Below the pieces are notes generated by a model that made no database searches, was not told where the DNA came from, and was given only the letters and a program-made list of their open reading frames with translations. The position numbers and the translations under genes were made by a program. This document shows positions 1 through 7,897 of a stretch of 32,000 bases of DNA, one piece after another; position 1 is the first letter of the stretch, and every line of letters starts with the position of its first letter. The DNA is taken from assembly GCF_001306055.1 (NCBI RefSeq), contig NZ_LGHJ01000010.1:60001-92000 (forward strand). The letters run 5' to 3'. The stretch is from Bellilinea caldifistulae (GTDB taxonomy: Bacteria; Chloroflexota; Anaerolineae; Anaerolineales; Anaerolineaceae).

Positions 1-175
1 CGGACTGATCAATAAACCCCACCGGGCGGTTATCTTCACTCAAAGCGGCTGCCAGTATACTGACTCCCATGATAACCGCCATAAAAAGCGGGATGGAAAT
101 CAAACCGAGGATAAACCTTTTCCGCTTGACGTGCCGCAAGTACTCGTGGCTGAACACAATCCAGAATTTGTTCAT
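1..175 (-). CDS. ABC-2 type transporter permease, N-terminal fragment (gene runs off the window start)
   Basis: My own reverse-complement translation from ATG at 175 gives MNKFWIVFSHEYLRHVKRKRFILGLISIPLFMAVIMGVSILAAALSEDNRPVGFIDQS, open to position 1. The start overlaps the stop of the upstream ATPase gene (ATGA, 172-175). A basic N-terminus followed by a hydrophobic helix fits NatB/YhaP-like permeases. It is absent from the ORF track because it is open-ended. Confidence 0.6.
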   Translation of the reverse strand, partial: MNKFWIVFSHEYLRHVKRKRFILGLISIPLFMAVIMGVSILAAALSEDNRPVGFIDQS

Positions 176-1077
176 GAGACCTCTCCGCGGGATGTAACCA
201 CCTGAATGAAGATTTCATCCAGTGTAGGCAAAGCCACCTCAAATCGTTCGAGGGGGATACCCTGTTCCACCAGATTTTTCAGGATCGCCTGAGGGGTCGT
301 TTGATCCGCCAGATGCAGGATGTAACCGGAGTTATCGCGATCAATCCGGCTAACGCCGGGAATCTGGGCTGGTAATTCGTTCAAAGGATGAACAATAACT
401 TCCTGACCGGAGTACTGGCGGCGAATGTCGCTCAGTTTTCCATACAGCATCACCTTCCCGTGGTTAATCAACACCAATCGGTCGCACAATTCCTCGACCT
501 GATGCATCTGATGCGTACACATCACAATCGTTTTACCTTTATCCCGTTCTTCGCGGAGCAAGTCCTTGACCATTTGGGTGTTGACCGGGTCAAGTGCGCT
601 GAAGGGCTCATCAATAATGACCAATTGAGGATCATGGACGAGGGTGATAATCAATTGGGCTTTTTGCTGCATCCCTTTGCTCAGCTCTTTGACCTTCTTT
701 TTGCGGTGATCATACAGGTCAAAGCGTTTCATCATTTGTTCGACGCGTGCAGCAGCCTCAGCCGGTTTTAACCCCTTCAAACGGGCCAGATAATTCAGGC
801 AAACTTCCAAAGTGATGTCCTGATACAATCCTCGTTCTTCGGGTAAGTAACCGATCTGGTTTTTCTTTTCATCGGTCATCTTCCCACCGAGGATTTCAAC
901 CTCGCCACTATCCGGTTTGAAAATATCCAGAATAATGCGAATGCTGGTAGTCTTACCAGCGCCGTTTGGACCCAGCAGACCAAAAATTTCACCGGGTTCG
1001 ACTTCAAAAGAAACCCGATCAACTGCCTGTTGATTTCCAAAGCGTTTGCTGATTTGATTTACTTTGATTGAAGACAT
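172..1077 (-). CDS. ABC transporter ATP-binding protein (ABC-2/NatA-like exporter ATPase)
   Basis: 301 aa. Walker A GPNGAGKTT, signature LSKGMQQK, Walker B LVIIDEPFSALD, H-loop CTHQM. An AAGGCGGA SD-like sequence lies upstream of ATG 1077. Confidence 0.9.
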   Translation of the reverse strand: MSSIKVNQISKRFGNQQAVDRVSFEVEPGEIFGLLGPNGAGKTTSIRIILDIFKPDSGEVEILGGKMTDEKKNQIGYLPEERGLYQDITLEVCLNYLARLKGLKPAEAAARVEQMMKRFDLYDHRKKKVKELSKGMQQKAQLIITLVHDPQLVIIDEPFSALDPVNTQMVKDLLREERDKGKTIVMCTHQMHQVEELCDRLVLINHGKVMLYGKLSDIRRQYSGQEVIVHPLNELPAQIPGVSRIDRDNSGYILHLADQTTPQAILKNLVEQGIPLERFEVALPTLDEIFIQVVTSRGEVS

Positions 1078-1178
1078 AAGATTTCCGCCTTATTGGAATT
1101 CGTGCACAATTTATTTACGTAAAAAATTGAAGCGCAGTTGCGCCAAAACAAGGTGAAGCGGAATAAATTATAACAAAT

Positions 1179-1220
1179 CAAAAAAGGCAAACCACCTGTG
1201 AGCGGTGTTTTGCCTTTTTT
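1179..1220 (-). terminator. Rho-independent, apparently bidirectional terminator between the two ABC systems
   Basis: Stem aaggcaaaccacc (1184-1196) / ggtgttttgcctt (1204-1216) with one mismatch and a 7-nt loop. It is flanked by an A-run (1179-1183) and a T-run (1217-1220), so a U-tract follows the hairpin on both strands. Confidence 0.6.
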
Positions 1221-1244
1221 AAACCGAGCTCCACCGAGTGGATT

Positions 1245-2522
1245 TTATTCCTTTTCGTACGGGATGCCGTCGGCAGCCGGCACATGACCCTTGCCGATGA
1301 CGCCAGCCAGCACAATCATTGTGGCAATGTAGGGCAGCATCAAAAGAAATTGAGAGGGGATGGTGATGCCAAGAATGGCCATGCGGGAAGCAAGCCCATC
1401 GGCGAAGCCGAACAGCAGGCCGGCAGCAAATCCGCCTGTGGGAATCCAGTTGCCAAAGATCATGGCTGCCAGACCGATAAAGCCGCGGCCGGCGGTCATT
1501 ACCTCATCAAAGCGGCCGGCGGAACCCAGCGTAAAGTAAGCACCGGCGAAGCCAGCCATCATGCCGCCCAAAATAACGGAGGTGTAACGGGTTTTGAAGA
1601 CATCAATACCGAGTGTATCTGCGGCTTTGGGATGTTCACCAACTGCCCGAACCCGTAATCCCCAACGGGTTTGAAAGAGGGCAATTTGCAAAATGATGAT
1701 AAAGATGAACATGGCAAAGACGAACAGATTGTTGACGAAAAAGATTTCGCCGATGACGGGAATATCTGCCAGCAGCGGAATGGCAATTGCCCCGAATGTG
1801 GGGGGATTGTTCAAGGCCGGATAAACCTGCATAAATTTTGCCGAGATGTAGGAGGTTAAACCGGTGGCAAATATGTTGATGACCGTACCTGAGATAATCT
1901 GGTTGGTTTTGTACTTAATCGAGAAAACACCATGTACCCATGCCAGTAAAGCGCCGGTGAGTACGGCGCAAAGCAAGCCGACCCACGCATTTTGAGTAAG
2001 GCTGCCGACCAGCGCCGAAACCATTGCACCGCTCAACATCATCCCTTCAATGGCGATGTTGACCACCCCAGAGCGCTCACAAAGGATACCGGAGAGAGCT
2101 CCGAGGGTGATCGGTACGGCTTTACTCAAAGTAGTGTTAAACAACCCGACCAGATTGAGGGATTTACCAGCGGTGGCCCAAACGAGAAAACCGAAGACAA
2201 ATATGGCAACGACCACCGCCAAAACCGCGTTGGTGTATTTCTTGAACCCGCGCGATAACTGGATGCCACCGAATACGGCACAGACAATCGCTAAAACATA
2301 CAGCGTGTTGAGGGTGGGCAGCTCCCACGGATCCAGCTGGGTCTTTGCCTGAAAGGTGCTCAAACCAAAACTGGAGATGGCGCCGCCATCCACTGAGCGG
2401 GCGAAAAAGAACCAGATGGCAAGGGCGAGTAAAAGGAAGAAAGCTCCCATGACCCGCTGGCGGACGGGAGATTCGCGTACAAACGTTTTATGGAACATTT
2501 GACTGTTGGTGGTAGATGCCAT
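1245..2522 (-). CDS. ABC importer permease, BMP/nucleoside (YufQ/NupQ/RnsD-like) family
   Basis: 425 aa polytopic membrane protein with a glycine-rich BPD_transp_2-type core (ERSGVVNIAIEGMML...). A GGAGG SD lies upstream of ATG 2522. It is the last gene of an ATPase-permease-permease operon. Confidence 0.85.
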   Translation of the reverse strand: MASTTNSQMFHKTFVRESPVRQRVMGAFFLLLALAIWFFFARSVDGGAISSFGLSTFQAKTQLDPWELPTLNTLYVLAIVCAVFGGIQLSRGFKKYTNAVLAVVVAIFVFGFLVWATAGKSLNLVGLFNTTLSKAVPITLGALSGILCERSGVVNIAIEGMMLSGAMVSALVGSLTQNAWVGLLCAVLTGALLAWVHGVFSIKYKTNQIISGTVINIFATGLTSYISAKFMQVYPALNNPPTFGAIAIPLLADIPVIGEIFFVNNLFVFAMFIFIIILQIALFQTRWGLRVRAVGEHPKAADTLGIDVFKTRYTSVILGGMMAGFAGAYFTLGSAGRFDEVMTAGRGFIGLAAMIFGNWIPTGGFAAGLLFGFADGLASRMAILGITIPSQFLLMLPYIATMIVLAGVIGKGHVPAADGIPYEKE

Positions 2523-2528
2523 GATTGT

Positions 2529-3818
2529 TTAACCTCCCCACCCACGAATAGTTACACCTGCTTCTTCAACGGTTGGCTTGCGCAGGCGGTAGATGGTACG
2601 AATAATCGCCGGAGCCGCAATAAAAGCCAAAATGACGGCTTGCAGGATGGAAATGATGTCATTGGGAATACCGGCGGTCAACTGCATCCGTGTTGCCCCG
2701 CTGCGTAAGGTGCCAAACAAGAGCGAAGCAAGTACCACTCCAAGCGGATGATTGTTACCCAGCAGAGCCAGGGCAATACTGTCAAAGCCGTAACCGGATG
2801 AGAATGCCATTGCCAGATTGCGGTTGACGCCCAGTACTTCATTGGCGCCTGCCAGGCCGGCCAGTGCACCCGAAAGACTCATCGCCAGAACAATGTTTTT
2901 GGTCACATTCATCCCGGCGTATTTAGCAGCGTTAGGGTTGGTTCCCACTGTGCGCAGTTCGAAGCCCCAGGTTGTTTTGAACAGATACCAGTACACCAGA
3001 TAGGCAATTCCCAAGGCAATGAAGAATCCGAGATGAAAACGGATCGGGTCGGGGAAGAAGCGCGGCAGCCATGCGCTGGGCAAAATTTCGGGGCTGACCG
3101 GGTTGAAAGAACCGGGGCGTTTCATCGGTCCCGTCAGCAAAAAGTCGCTCAAGCGGAAGGCGATGTAATTCATCATGATGGTGTTAATCACCTCATGCCC
3201 GCCGGTTTTGGCTTTCAGCCAGCCGGGAATGAACCCCCACATCGCCCCGCCGGCCGCCCCGGCTAACAGTGCCAGCGGAACATGAATGATGCCCGGCAAG
3301 CCGGTGACCGAGTAGCCAACGAAGGTTGCGGTTATCGCACCAATGAAAATTTGGCCCTCGGCGCCTATGTTGAAAACGCCAGCACGGAATCCCAGCGCGA
3401 CAGCCAGTCCGGCAAATATGTAAGGGGTTGATGTCACCAGACTTTCCAAAATCGGGTTGAAAGCGCGGCGGATTTGCAGAGAATCGCCGGATTGGAGGGC
3501 GGCAATCATGCGGGCAGGATCGCCAAAAGCCCCGGTAAATAAACCGGAATAGGCTTTTGAAACCGCATCCCAGGCGGCTGCCAGACCCGCGCCGAAGGAT
3601 TGTCCAAAGGCGGCATAGACCTGTTCAGTCGTGAGGATGATAAAAATACCGCCAATAATCAAACCGGTGATCACCGCCAGGAGGGGGATCAAAAGGGTTT
3701 GACTGGCAACGCCTTTTTTCTTATCGTCCTTTTTGGGCGGCTTAAATTGATTATTTAATTCTTCGAGAAAAATTTGTCCAACGCCGGGTTTTTTGGGTTC
3801 TTCGGAATTGCTGGTCAA
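2529..3818 (-). CDS. ABC importer permease, BMP/nucleoside (YufP/NupP/RnsC-like) family
   Basis: 429 aa polytopic membrane protein (FRAGVFNIGAEGQIFIGA...). Its start overlaps the ATPase stop (3815-3818). Confidence 0.85.
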   Translation of the reverse strand: MTSNSEEPKKPGVGQIFLEELNNQFKPPKKDDKKKGVASQTLLIPLLAVITGLIIGGIFIILTTEQVYAAFGQSFGAGLAAAWDAVSKAYSGLFTGAFGDPARMIAALQSGDSLQIRRAFNPILESLVTSTPYIFAGLAVALGFRAGVFNIGAEGQIFIGAITATFVGYSVTGLPGIIHVPLALLAGAAGGAMWGFIPGWLKAKTGGHEVINTIMMNYIAFRLSDFLLTGPMKRPGSFNPVSPEILPSAWLPRFFPDPIRFHLGFFIALGIAYLVYWYLFKTTWGFELRTVGTNPNAAKYAGMNVTKNIVLAMSLSGALAGLAGANEVLGVNRNLAMAFSSGYGFDSIALALLGNNHPLGVVLASLLFGTLRSGATRMQLTAGIPNDIISILQAVILAFIAAPAIIRTIYRLRKPTVEEAGVTIRGWGG

Positions 3819-5389
3819 TTCGCACCCCCGATCGTTTCAGATTGTGTGGTCTGTTTGTGAATTTGCAGACGGGCTTCTTCCAGCGGTACGCCCGCCATCA
3901 GAAGACCAATCAATTCTTTGGTGGCTTCCTCAGCCGAGACCGTGGCTGTAATTTTGCCCCGATACATTACCGCAATCCGATCGGATAATTGCATGATCTC
4001 ATCCAGTTCCGTGGAAACCAGCAGCACGGCTACCCCTTCGTCGCGCCGTTTCAGGATTTGAGAGTGGATATATTCAATTGAACCGACATCCAGCCCGCGT
4101 GTGGGCTGGGCAGCCACCAGCAGGTGGATAGGACGGGAAAGTTCGCGAGCAACGATCACTTTTTGCTGATTTCCCCCGGAAAGAGAACCAGCCGCCGTGA
4201 AAATGGATGGCGTGCGGATGTCGTATTCCTGCACCAGGCGGGTTGCGTTCTGCATCACGTATTCCCATTGAATAATCGCACCTTTGGCAAACGGAGGCTG
4301 GTAGTACGTGCACAACATCAGGTTTTCCATGACGGGGAAGGGCAACACCAGACCATCCCGCTGGCGATCTTCTGGAATGTGAGCCGTGCCGGCTTCGGTA
4401 AATTTGCGTGGAACAGCGTGGGTAACCTCTTTCCCGATCAGAAACACCTTACCGTCTTCTACATCCCGCATGCCGGTGACGGCTTCCACCAGTTCGGTTT
4501 GCCCGTTGCCCTGTACCCCGGCAATACCCAGAATTTCCCCTTCGCGGACTTCAAACGATACCCCATCCACAGCAACTTGATGGGTTTCATCGGTTACGAT
4601 CAGGTTCTCCACTTTGAGGATAGTTTCTTTGGGCCTGGCAGGTTCCTTTTCCAGCTCCAGCTTCACTTCTCGCCCAACCATCATGGAGGCCAGTTTGCTC
4701 TGGTCTGCTTCGGAGGGCAGCACCGAACCAATGACCTTTCCGCGGCGGATGACGGTGATGATATCGGCCACTTCCAGCACTTCTCGCAACTTGTGGGTGA
4801 TAAAGATGATGGATTTGCCCTGGGCCGTCAGGGAGCGCATGATCTCGAACAATTCATCTGCTTCCTGGGGGGTCAGCACCGCGGTGGGTTCATCGAAAAT
4901 GAGGATATTGGCATTGCGGTAAAGCAATTTGATGATTTCGACACGCTGCTGGACGCCAACCGGCAGGTCCTTGATGTAACTATCTGGGTTGACTTCCAGG
5001 CCATATTGGATTGAGATTTCGCGAATGCGTTTAGCAGCGGTTTCCCGGTCAAGAAAGCCCCCGGGTTTGAGGCTTTCTTCCCCCAGCATTACGTTTTCGG
5101 TGACGGTAAAAACGGGAATGAGCATGAAGTGCTGGTGAACCATGCCGATGCCGCGGGCAATCGCATCTGAGGGCGAACGAACCTGGAACGGTTCGCCGTT
5201 GACAAAGATTTCCCCCTCATCGGGTTTGTAAAGCCCGTAAAGAATATTCATCAGGGTGGTTTTGCCGGCGCCGTTTTCCCCCAAAAGTGCATGAATTGTC
5301 CCCTGTTCGAGCGTGAGGTCAATATGATCGTTGGCCAGTACACCGGGGAAGCGTTTGGTAATCCCGCGAAGTTCCAGTACAGGTGTCAT
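3815..5389 (-). CDS. ABC importer ATP-binding protein with tandem ATPase domains (YufO/NupO/RnsB-like)
   Basis: Two nucleotide-binding domains. The first has GENGAGKTT, LPVGVQQRVEI and ILIFDEPTAVL. The second has GVQGNGQTE, LSGGNQQK and a degenerate Walker B. I trimmed the start to ATG 5389 (MTPVLELRGITKRF) with GGAG 6 nt upstream; the longer track ORF (to 5560) would run through the tRNA gene. Confidence 0.9.
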   Translation of the reverse strand: MTPVLELRGITKRFPGVLANDHIDLTLEQGTIHALLGENGAGKTTLMNILYGLYKPDEGEIFVNGEPFQVRSPSDAIARGIGMVHQHFMLIPVFTVTENVMLGEESLKPGGFLDRETAAKRIREISIQYGLEVNPDSYIKDLPVGVQQRVEIIKLLYRNANILIFDEPTAVLTPQEADELFEIMRSLTAQGKSIIFITHKLREVLEVADIITVIRRGKVIGSVLPSEADQSKLASMMVGREVKLELEKEPARPKETILKVENLIVTDETHQVAVDGVSFEVREGEILGIAGVQGNGQTELVEAVTGMRDVEDGKVFLIGKEVTHAVPRKFTEAGTAHIPEDRQRDGLVLPFPVMENLMLCTYYQPPFAKGAIIQWEYVMQNATRLVQEYDIRTPSIFTAAGSLSGGNQQKVIVARELSRPIHLLVAAQPTRGLDVGSIEYIHSQILKRRDEGVAVLLVSTELDEIMQLSDRIAVMYRGKITATVSAEEATKELIGLLMAGVPLEEARLQIHKQTTQSETIGGAN

Positions 5390-5445
5390 ATTTTTCTCCA
5401 GGGATTTCAAGAAAAGTCCCAGGTGGGAGAGGTGTGAGATAAGGT

Positions 5446-5454
5446 ATTTTACCA
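5446..5454 (-). promoter_or_regulatory. Possible extended -10 promoter (TGGTAAAAT) for the importer operon
   Basis: The reverse complement of 5446-5454 reads TGGTAAAAT (TGn + TAAAAT), about 55 nt upstream of ATG 5389. No convincing -35 was seen. Confidence 0.3.
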
Positions 5455-5507
5455 TGAAGGAGGAGGAAAGAATTCCTGAAAGGGTATGATTTTTGGCAAA
5501 AAATTTG

Positions 5508-5536
5508 TTGACGTACCCGCAAGGGCGTGATAAAAT
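5508..5536 (+). promoter_or_regulatory. Sigma70-like promoter of tRNA-Lys
   Basis: TTGACG (5508-5513), a 17-nt spacer, then TAAAAT (5531-5536). The mature tRNA 5' end is at 5546, so the predicted TSS lies only a few nt upstream of it. Confidence 0.55.
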
Positions 5537-5545
5537 GTTGAGCGC

Positions 5546-5617
5546 GGGCGTGTAGCTCAATGGTAGAGCAGTGGCCTTTTAAGCCATTGGTTCAGGGTTC
5601 GAGCCCCTGCACGCTCA
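5546..5617 (+). tRNA. tRNA-Lys (anticodon UUU)
   Basis: Hand-folded cloverleaf:
- acceptor GGGCGTG/CACGCTC (one G-U pair);
- D arm GCTC-AATGGTA-GAGC;
- anticodon arm GTGGC-CTTTTAA-GCCAT (anticodon TTT);
- variable loop TGGTT;
- T arm CAGGG-TTCGAGC-CCCTG;
- discriminator A.
CCA is not encoded. Confidence 0.9.
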
Positions 5618-5732
5618 CTTTTTCTTGGAATGAGATTACCTGTAAGAGGGTGATGTTTGGCTACCTTTCCGGTAATCTCTTACCGGCACTTAGTCTTCTA
5701 TCTTCTGGTCGGATGCTCAGCAAGCCGAACAG

Positions 5733-5764
5733 CCCCCCTGCTTACCTGCCGCAGGGGGGTTTTG
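5733..5764 (+). terminator. Rho-independent terminator
   Basis: A perfect 9-bp GC-rich stem cccccctgc (5733-5741) / gcagggggg (5751-5759) with a 9-nt loop, followed by TTTTG. A U-tract follows only on the + strand. Confidence 0.7.
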
Positions 5765-5997
5765 TTACCCTTTGGATGCTGCACCAACTAGCCGTATATC
5801 AATTTTGTTAGACGTAGAACGGTCAAAAACTGCCCAGAAAAGCCTCTTTTTGGGTTGGTAAGTGATCCAAATGGCGCCGCGGATTGTTTTTTGGCCCTGA
5901 AAAAGAGGTCTTCTAACCTGGGGTGGGGTTGTTTTTTTTTACAGAAGAAGTGAGAGTATGCGGTGTGAGGCTTTTTCGAATGGAGGTTTGTTTACTC

Positions 5998-6390
5998 TCA
6001 ACGACGAGTGAGCGCCGCAAAATCCAATCTAATCAGCTGACTGATTTGCTGATTGACCTGTCGGATCAGAGCGATGTAAGTTTCACGACTATATTCGTAA
6101 TCTTGAATTAAGGGATGTTCGGCAACCTGTAGTTGTAATTGACGGAGATGTCCGAGAGTTTCCTCTGTTGGTTGATTGTTTCGCTGTTGAGTTTTGAGTG
6201 TTTGTTGAAGACGAGCCAGTTGATTCAATAAATCCAGGGCAGTCGAATCGTTCATCAAGGCTTGCTCTGCGTTGCGAAACCGAATAAATGCTTCGGAATG
6301 GGTTAGGTGATCAATCAGGTTTTGAAGAGCCTCTGAAAGGAAATTGACATTTGTTTGAGGCGTGTCATTTTGCAAAATCGGATTATCCAC
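5998..6390 (-). CDS. YlbF/YmcA-family protein, paralogue 2
   Basis: Helical Q/E/L-rich protein of about 130 aa with the family-typical layout (...SEAFIRFRNAEQALMNDSTALDLLNQLARLQQTLK...HPLIQDYEYSRETYIALIRQVNQQISQLIRLDF). I place the start at GTG 6390, with GGAGG (6400-6396) 5 nt upstream and a GTGGATAA overlap with the stop of the preceding gene. The track start at ATG 6450 would overlap the upstream gene by 68 nt. Confidence 0.6.
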   Translation of the reverse strand: MDNPILQNDTPQTNVNFLSEALQNLIDHLTHSEAFIRFRNAEQALMNDSTALDLLNQLARLQQTLKTQQRNNQPTEETLGHLRQLQLQVAEHPLIQDYEYSRETYIALIRQVNQQISQLIRLDFAALTRR

Positions 6391-6781
6391 AGCATCCTCC
6401 TGTCCGGCAAATAGCAGCAAAATCCAATCCCAGTGCTTCAGAAAGGGCATCTCCCTGTTCCTGAGCCAAAGTCACCAATTCGTTCTGGGCAGCCAGATAC
6501 ACTTTGACAGTTGCTTGCTCATACAGAGCCTGATTAAGCCGCTTCACCTCGGCTTGATCTTCCTCACTAATTGGAGCGGAAAGACGCTGATTATGCATTT
6601 GTTCCTGCTTTTGGCGCAGTTGATTAAGAATTCCCTGAGCCAAATCATCCTCAAGAAAAGCGTTATAGGCTTTTACAAAATTCTGGTATTGGGGTGTGTT
6701 GGTGAAGGCTTCTGCATACTGCCGGGCCGATTCAAGCACCACTGAGGCGGGTGCCAATTCCAATTCGTTATAGAATTCCAT
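6383..6781 (-). CDS. YlbF/YmcA-family protein, paralogue 1, with a Cys-rich C-terminal tail
   Basis: 132 aa. ...TPQYQNFVKAYNAFLEDDLAQGILNQLRQKQEQMHNQRLSAPISEEDQAEVKRLNQALYEQATVKVYLAAQNELVTLAQEQGDALSEALGLDF matches the YlbF/YheA helical pattern. It ends in AAICRTGGCCG. Confidence 0.7.
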   Translation of the reverse strand: MEFYNELELAPASVVLESARQYAEAFTNTPQYQNFVKAYNAFLEDDLAQGILNQLRQKQEQMHNQRLSAPISEEDQAEVKRLNQALYEQATVKVYLAAQNELVTLAQEQGDALSEALGLDFAAICRTGGCCG

Positions 6782-6883
6782 GAGTTTGTATCTCCATTTT
6801 CTAAAATCAGGATGGCTCGATCAACAATCGGGCTTTTTTTCCATTTGAGGTGATTTGACGACCGGACTGATCCTCTCGATAAA

Positions 6884-7897
6884 TTAGCTGCGAATCATGG
6901 CGCGGATGATGAGATCTACTGCCTCCTCCTCATCCAAACCGCGCGCCATCAAAGTCTCCAACTCGCGGCGGTTTACTGTGCCAATGGCTGCTTCGTGGGT
7001 CACCTGTGCCTGGGCGTTGGAAACCTTGACAATCGGGTTATTGGCTGCCAAAGCCTGATCCCGAACAATCTCGGTACAATCCATGTGTCCACGTGCTCGC
7101 GGCGCATTACCCTCTGTAATCGTAGTTACCTCGCTGATGGCTTTGTCTTTCACGGCGATTCGCGTTTTCGTCATACTGTGGGCATTTTCACCATTCAAGT
7201 GAATGGTCTCCTCCACCCGGATATGGTCATCTCCACTACCAAATACTTTGGTCACCAGTTCGGCCAGGGCGTCCTTTTGAGCCTCAATGTGGTAATTCAT
7301 CATCAATGTACCCACTCGCCCGCGCGTGATCGCAAAGTTGCTGGTGAACTGCCCGCCTTCCTCAATAGTCACTTCGGAATAGGGATAAACTTCAACTCCG
7401 CCCTCCAGGCCGTGGTAATGTTCTTCTTTATAACTCATGCTGGAATTCCGTCCGATGTGAATGCGAGCATTCATACGATGTTCAACCCGGACTGCGTTTG
7501 GGAAGGAACAATGAGCTAAAAATTGTACCTGAGCGCCATTTCCGATCTGGTAGTCGGCTTCAATGCGTTGGATACCTTCCATAGGTAACACCCCAAAACA
7601 TAAATGCACGGGGTGCTTCACCAAAGTGCCATCATCCACCACGACCGATACACGAACCCCATGTTCTAAAGGCTGAGAATACAGGTGAACACCGGGAATA
7701 TCATGGGAAACCAGTACCTGATCTCCGCTAACTGCTAATGTGGCCACCTCCGGCATCTGGAAGGAAGCCGGATCGCCTCCCGCTTGCTGGTAAGCTTCCA
7801 TCAGTGATTGCAATTCACCGGCCCAAGCGGGTGAGGTCTGTTCAAAAGCATGTGATTTGATTGGATTGCCCATGAGACCGTTTCTCCGTTCAGTCAC
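6884..7897 (-). CDS. Short SufB/SufD-family Fe-S scaffold protein (SmsB-like)
   Basis: 337 aa. The beta-helix-type repeat region is followed by the C-terminal family motif VTHEAAIGTVNRRELETLMARGLDEEEAVDLIIRAMI. The start is GTG 7897, overlapping the sufC-like stop (GTGA); the alternative is ATG 7873. It is much shorter than classical SufB or SufD. Confidence 0.85.
   Translation of the reverse strand: MTERRNGLMGNPIKSHAFEQTSPAWAGELQSLMEAYQQAGGDPASFQMPEVATLAVSGDQVLVSHDIPGVHLYSQPLEHGVRVSVVVDDGTLVKHPVHLCFGVLPMEGIQRIEADYQIGNGAQVQFLAHCSFPNAVRVEHRMNARIHIGRNSSMSYKEEHYHGLEGGVEVYPYSEVTIEEGGQFTSNFAITRGRVGTLMMNYHIEAQKDALAELVTKVFGSGDDHIRVEETIHLNGENAHSMTKTRIAVKDKAISEVTTITEGNAPRARGHMDCTEIVRDQALAANNPIVKVSNAQAQVTHEAAIGTVNRRELETLMARGLDEEEAVDLIIRAMIRS

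Noticed and set aside
36-242. 68-aa ORF on the minus strand at the window start
   Set aside because: It is in the wrong frame relative to the clear ATGA-coupled ABC-2 permease start at 175. Its product has no membrane or other recognisable features.
4124-5014. 296-aa + strand ORF; similar long antisense ORFs occur at 388-771, 6995-7519, 15116-15410, 20469-20936, 21392-21877, 22178-22642, 27693-28355, 29251-29850 and 30498-31049
   Set aside because: Each lies fully inside, and antisense to, a gene with unambiguous family motifs. Their products are low-complexity (R/G/H/Q-rich), as expected for shadow ORFs in GC-rich coding DNA.
5390-5560. N-terminal 57-codon extension of the tandem ABC ATPase ORF
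   Set aside because: It would overlap the tRNA-Lys gene and its promoter. It also has no ABC homology, and a good SD + ATG exists at 5389 right before the conserved N-terminus.
5560-5811. 83-aa + strand ORF starting inside the tRNA
   Set aside because: It begins within the tRNA-Lys sequence and runs through the trailer hairpin and the terminator, with no SD. It is best explained as non-coding.
5546-6000. tRNA-Lys as an integration hotspot flanking a genomic island
   Set aside because: There is no integrase, excisionase or transposase on either side. By eye (not exhaustively) I found no second copy of the tRNA 3' half (ttcgagcccctgcacgctca) in the window. The flanking genes are housekeeping.
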